NCBI GenBank assembly: GCA_038087875.1
Contig: CM075982.1
Coordinates: 19,096,001-19,160,000, forward strand
Length of the DNA: 64,000 bases
From: Malacoraja senta
Taxonomy: Eukaryota
Reading direction: 5' to 3'
Each line of letters starts with the position of its first letter. The first letter of the stretch is position 1. The notes beneath the pieces are model-generated. The model was not told the DNA's origin. It did no database searches and saw nothing but the letters and a program-made list of their open reading frames with translations. Both the position numbers and the translations under genes were made by a program. Below are positions 62,032-64,000 of this stretch, piece by piece.

Positions 62032-62857
62032 GTGAGTAAGGTTATATTGAGGAGAGATTGTGCCATAAAGTCTTGCAGCATTTCTTTGTAATAAATACAA
62101 TTCCCAAAAGAAAATGATTATCTGTGCTGAAAATTTGAAATAAGGTAGAGAATGCTGGGGATGCTCACCAGATTGGGCAACATCTGTAGAGAGAAAGAAA
62201 CAGTTAAAGTTTCAGATCATTGATCTTTCATCAGAGCTAAAAAATAAAAAATAAAAGGTATAACAAATATGAAGATGGTCTTTCTCTGCAAGTCAACTTA
62301 ACTAGTTAGCAAGTTCTGGAAAAGCAAGGAGATATCTCTGGAGAAGTGTAGGACCTGCTGGGCTAATGTAATACTTTTTTCTTATTCATGCAATGATATT
62401 GATATTGTTTTTACGATCCTAGGTAATCATGAAACCATCCAATTGTCATTAAAGGTCTGGTGCACGACTATCCTTCAAGGAATAAAGTCTGTTCACTATT
62501 CATCTTTACCTAACAGCGCTCCCCAATTTTTGACCCCACATCCCTTCCAACCTCTGCCCTGCTCCATTTCCTGCCTTGTCCCTGTTTTTTTCTTCCCACT
62601 ACCTTCCCAAAGCCAGCTCTCTTCCTTTGCCCGCTTCTCCCATCGAGCTCATACCTCCGCCTCTGCCTAACCTCACACTCGCATCCCAGCTCTGTTTGCC
62701 TATCTCCTTCTCTCACATCCCCTCTCATCCCTACAACACACCTTGCTCTCCCATCTCCCATTCTTCTTTATTTCTCTCATTCCCATGTGTTTTTTCCCCC
62801 TCCTTCCCAACTGTCCACATTAATACTCCTAATTGAGCAATTTTGTTTTGGATCTAG

Positions 62858-62983
62858 GTTTATTTTCTTCCATGCTTTCTTTGGAGCTAAACGTTATACA
62901 TCTGATATTCCCGAGACTGAAGTCACGCTGACCATTCCTCTGGATGAAAAGACACGTGATATGATGGAAAGCTCCTTCTTTTG
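62858..62983 (+). CDS. MYBBP1A: MYBBP1A coding exon 11 (RFIFFHAFFGAKRYTSDIPETEVTLTIPLDEKTRDMMESSFF)
   Basis: Conserved FxxFHxFF…IPETE; ctag acceptor, TG|GTAAAT donor; 126 nt. Confidence 0.94.
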
Positions 62984-63211
62984 GTAAATATTGGGATATT
63001 AATGTTGTGCATTGAGTTTGGTTTGCCACTGTTGCATGTTTTAAAAAGTACAACTTTTATCACCTATATTTTGATTTCTGTTTATATGTTTCCTAAAATA
63101 GGATTAAATTGCCTTTCATCTTCTGCTGAAATTACTGATGATAGATAAAGTGTGTTGCTAACCCTGTGGCATATTGTTTAATTGGTGTGTTTTTCTTCTT
63201 AATGTTTCTAG

Positions 63212-63418
63212 TCTATTGAACCATCTGAATTCCCTGCCTCCATTGGGCGACTCTGGAGAATTGGGGGACAAGAATGAGAAGCGTGTGTTCGGAGTTACAG
63301 CGGATGGGAATCTGTGGATCTACTGTTTGGTTCAATATGCAAGTGTCCTGCTGTCACAGGAAAGGCCTGTCCAAGCTGTTAAACCCTTCACGCAAATCCA
63401 GAGAAAAGCCTGGGACCG
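63212..63418 (+). CDS. MYBBP1A: MYBBP1A coding exon 12 (LLNHLNSLPPLG…GVTADGNLWIYCLVQYASVLLS…PFTQIQRKAWD); gene continues beyond the window
   Basis: tttctag acceptor, CG|GTATGT donor; 207 nt; conserved WxYxLVQxA and PFT…AWDR. Confidence 0.94.
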
Positions 63419-63779
63419 GTATGTAACACAAATTTAATTAAATTGGTCAGCAGGAAGCCATTTATCTGAGCTCCTATCATGCCTTTATACAATTCTGGAT
63501 ACTGTCCTTGAGTATCACTACTGGATGAATATGTTTTTAATTCAGTATTACTTTGTCAATAATATTTGCTCTGCTGCCTGCATTATTCACAAATTCATGT
63601 TGCAGTATTCATTACATAGTTAACATAGGAGATTAGGTTATTTATTTTGGTGTTTGTGAAAACCTGCACTATACAACTTTGTACCCACAATTACTGCATA
63701 TAATATTTCCAAATATTTAATTGTGAAGTAAATTATTGTACCCTGCCTTGACAGAAGGTGCGATATAAATGTAATGGAG

Positions 63780-64000
63780 CTACACTAAACAGGCTCACCA
63801 AGTCCACACCGACCAGTAATCCCTGTACGCTAGTACTGTCCTACACACTAGAGACAATTTTACCAAAGCCAATTATCCTACAAACCTCTACATATTTGGA
63901 CTGTGGGAGGAAACCAGAGCACCTGTAGAGAAAACACACGGTCATAGGGAGAACAAACAAATTCTGTACAGACAGCACCTGTAGTCAGGATCGAACCTGG
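63780..64000 (-). mobile_element. tRNA-derived SINE truncated by the window end
   Basis: B box GGTTCGATCC on the minus strand at ~63989-63998; core shared with the other copies. Confidence 0.88.

Overview
Eukaryotic, repeat-rich vertebrate DNA. The repeat content (HE1/V-SINE-type SINEs, CR1/HER1 LINEs, Penelope-derived short elements) points to a cartilaginous fish, probably a skate or ray (inference). Two housekeeping genes lie head-to-head on a shared CpG island, with ATGs at 39930 (-) and 40719 (+). EIF4H is complete on the minus strand: 6 coding exons, 699 nt, 232 aa, stop at 8124. MYBBP1A is on the plus strand: the first 12 coding exons are present and the gene runs off the window end. 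All exon phases and GT-AG sites were checked by hand. Introns carry CR1, L2-like, Rex1 and Vingi-like LINE pieces, tRNA-derived SINEs, an IR/DR Tc1 transposon, a PIF/Harbinger MITE and pogo/Tigger-like MITEs. The most interesting signal is about a dozen copies of a Penelope-derived non-autonomous element carrying a minimal hammerhead-ribozyme core (CUGANGA-stem II-GAAAC-GUC/GUU). Some copies are arranged as inverted pairs, and one has an 18-bp target-site duplication. Other leads: a candidate poison exon and a stop-creating tandem donor in EIF4H, a (Pro-Ala)n coding microsatellite in MYBBP1A, and possible last exons of an unidentified plus-strand gene near 1.8-2.6 kb. TE boundaries are approximate unless a TSD is given. 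Family names come from motif recognition, not database searches.
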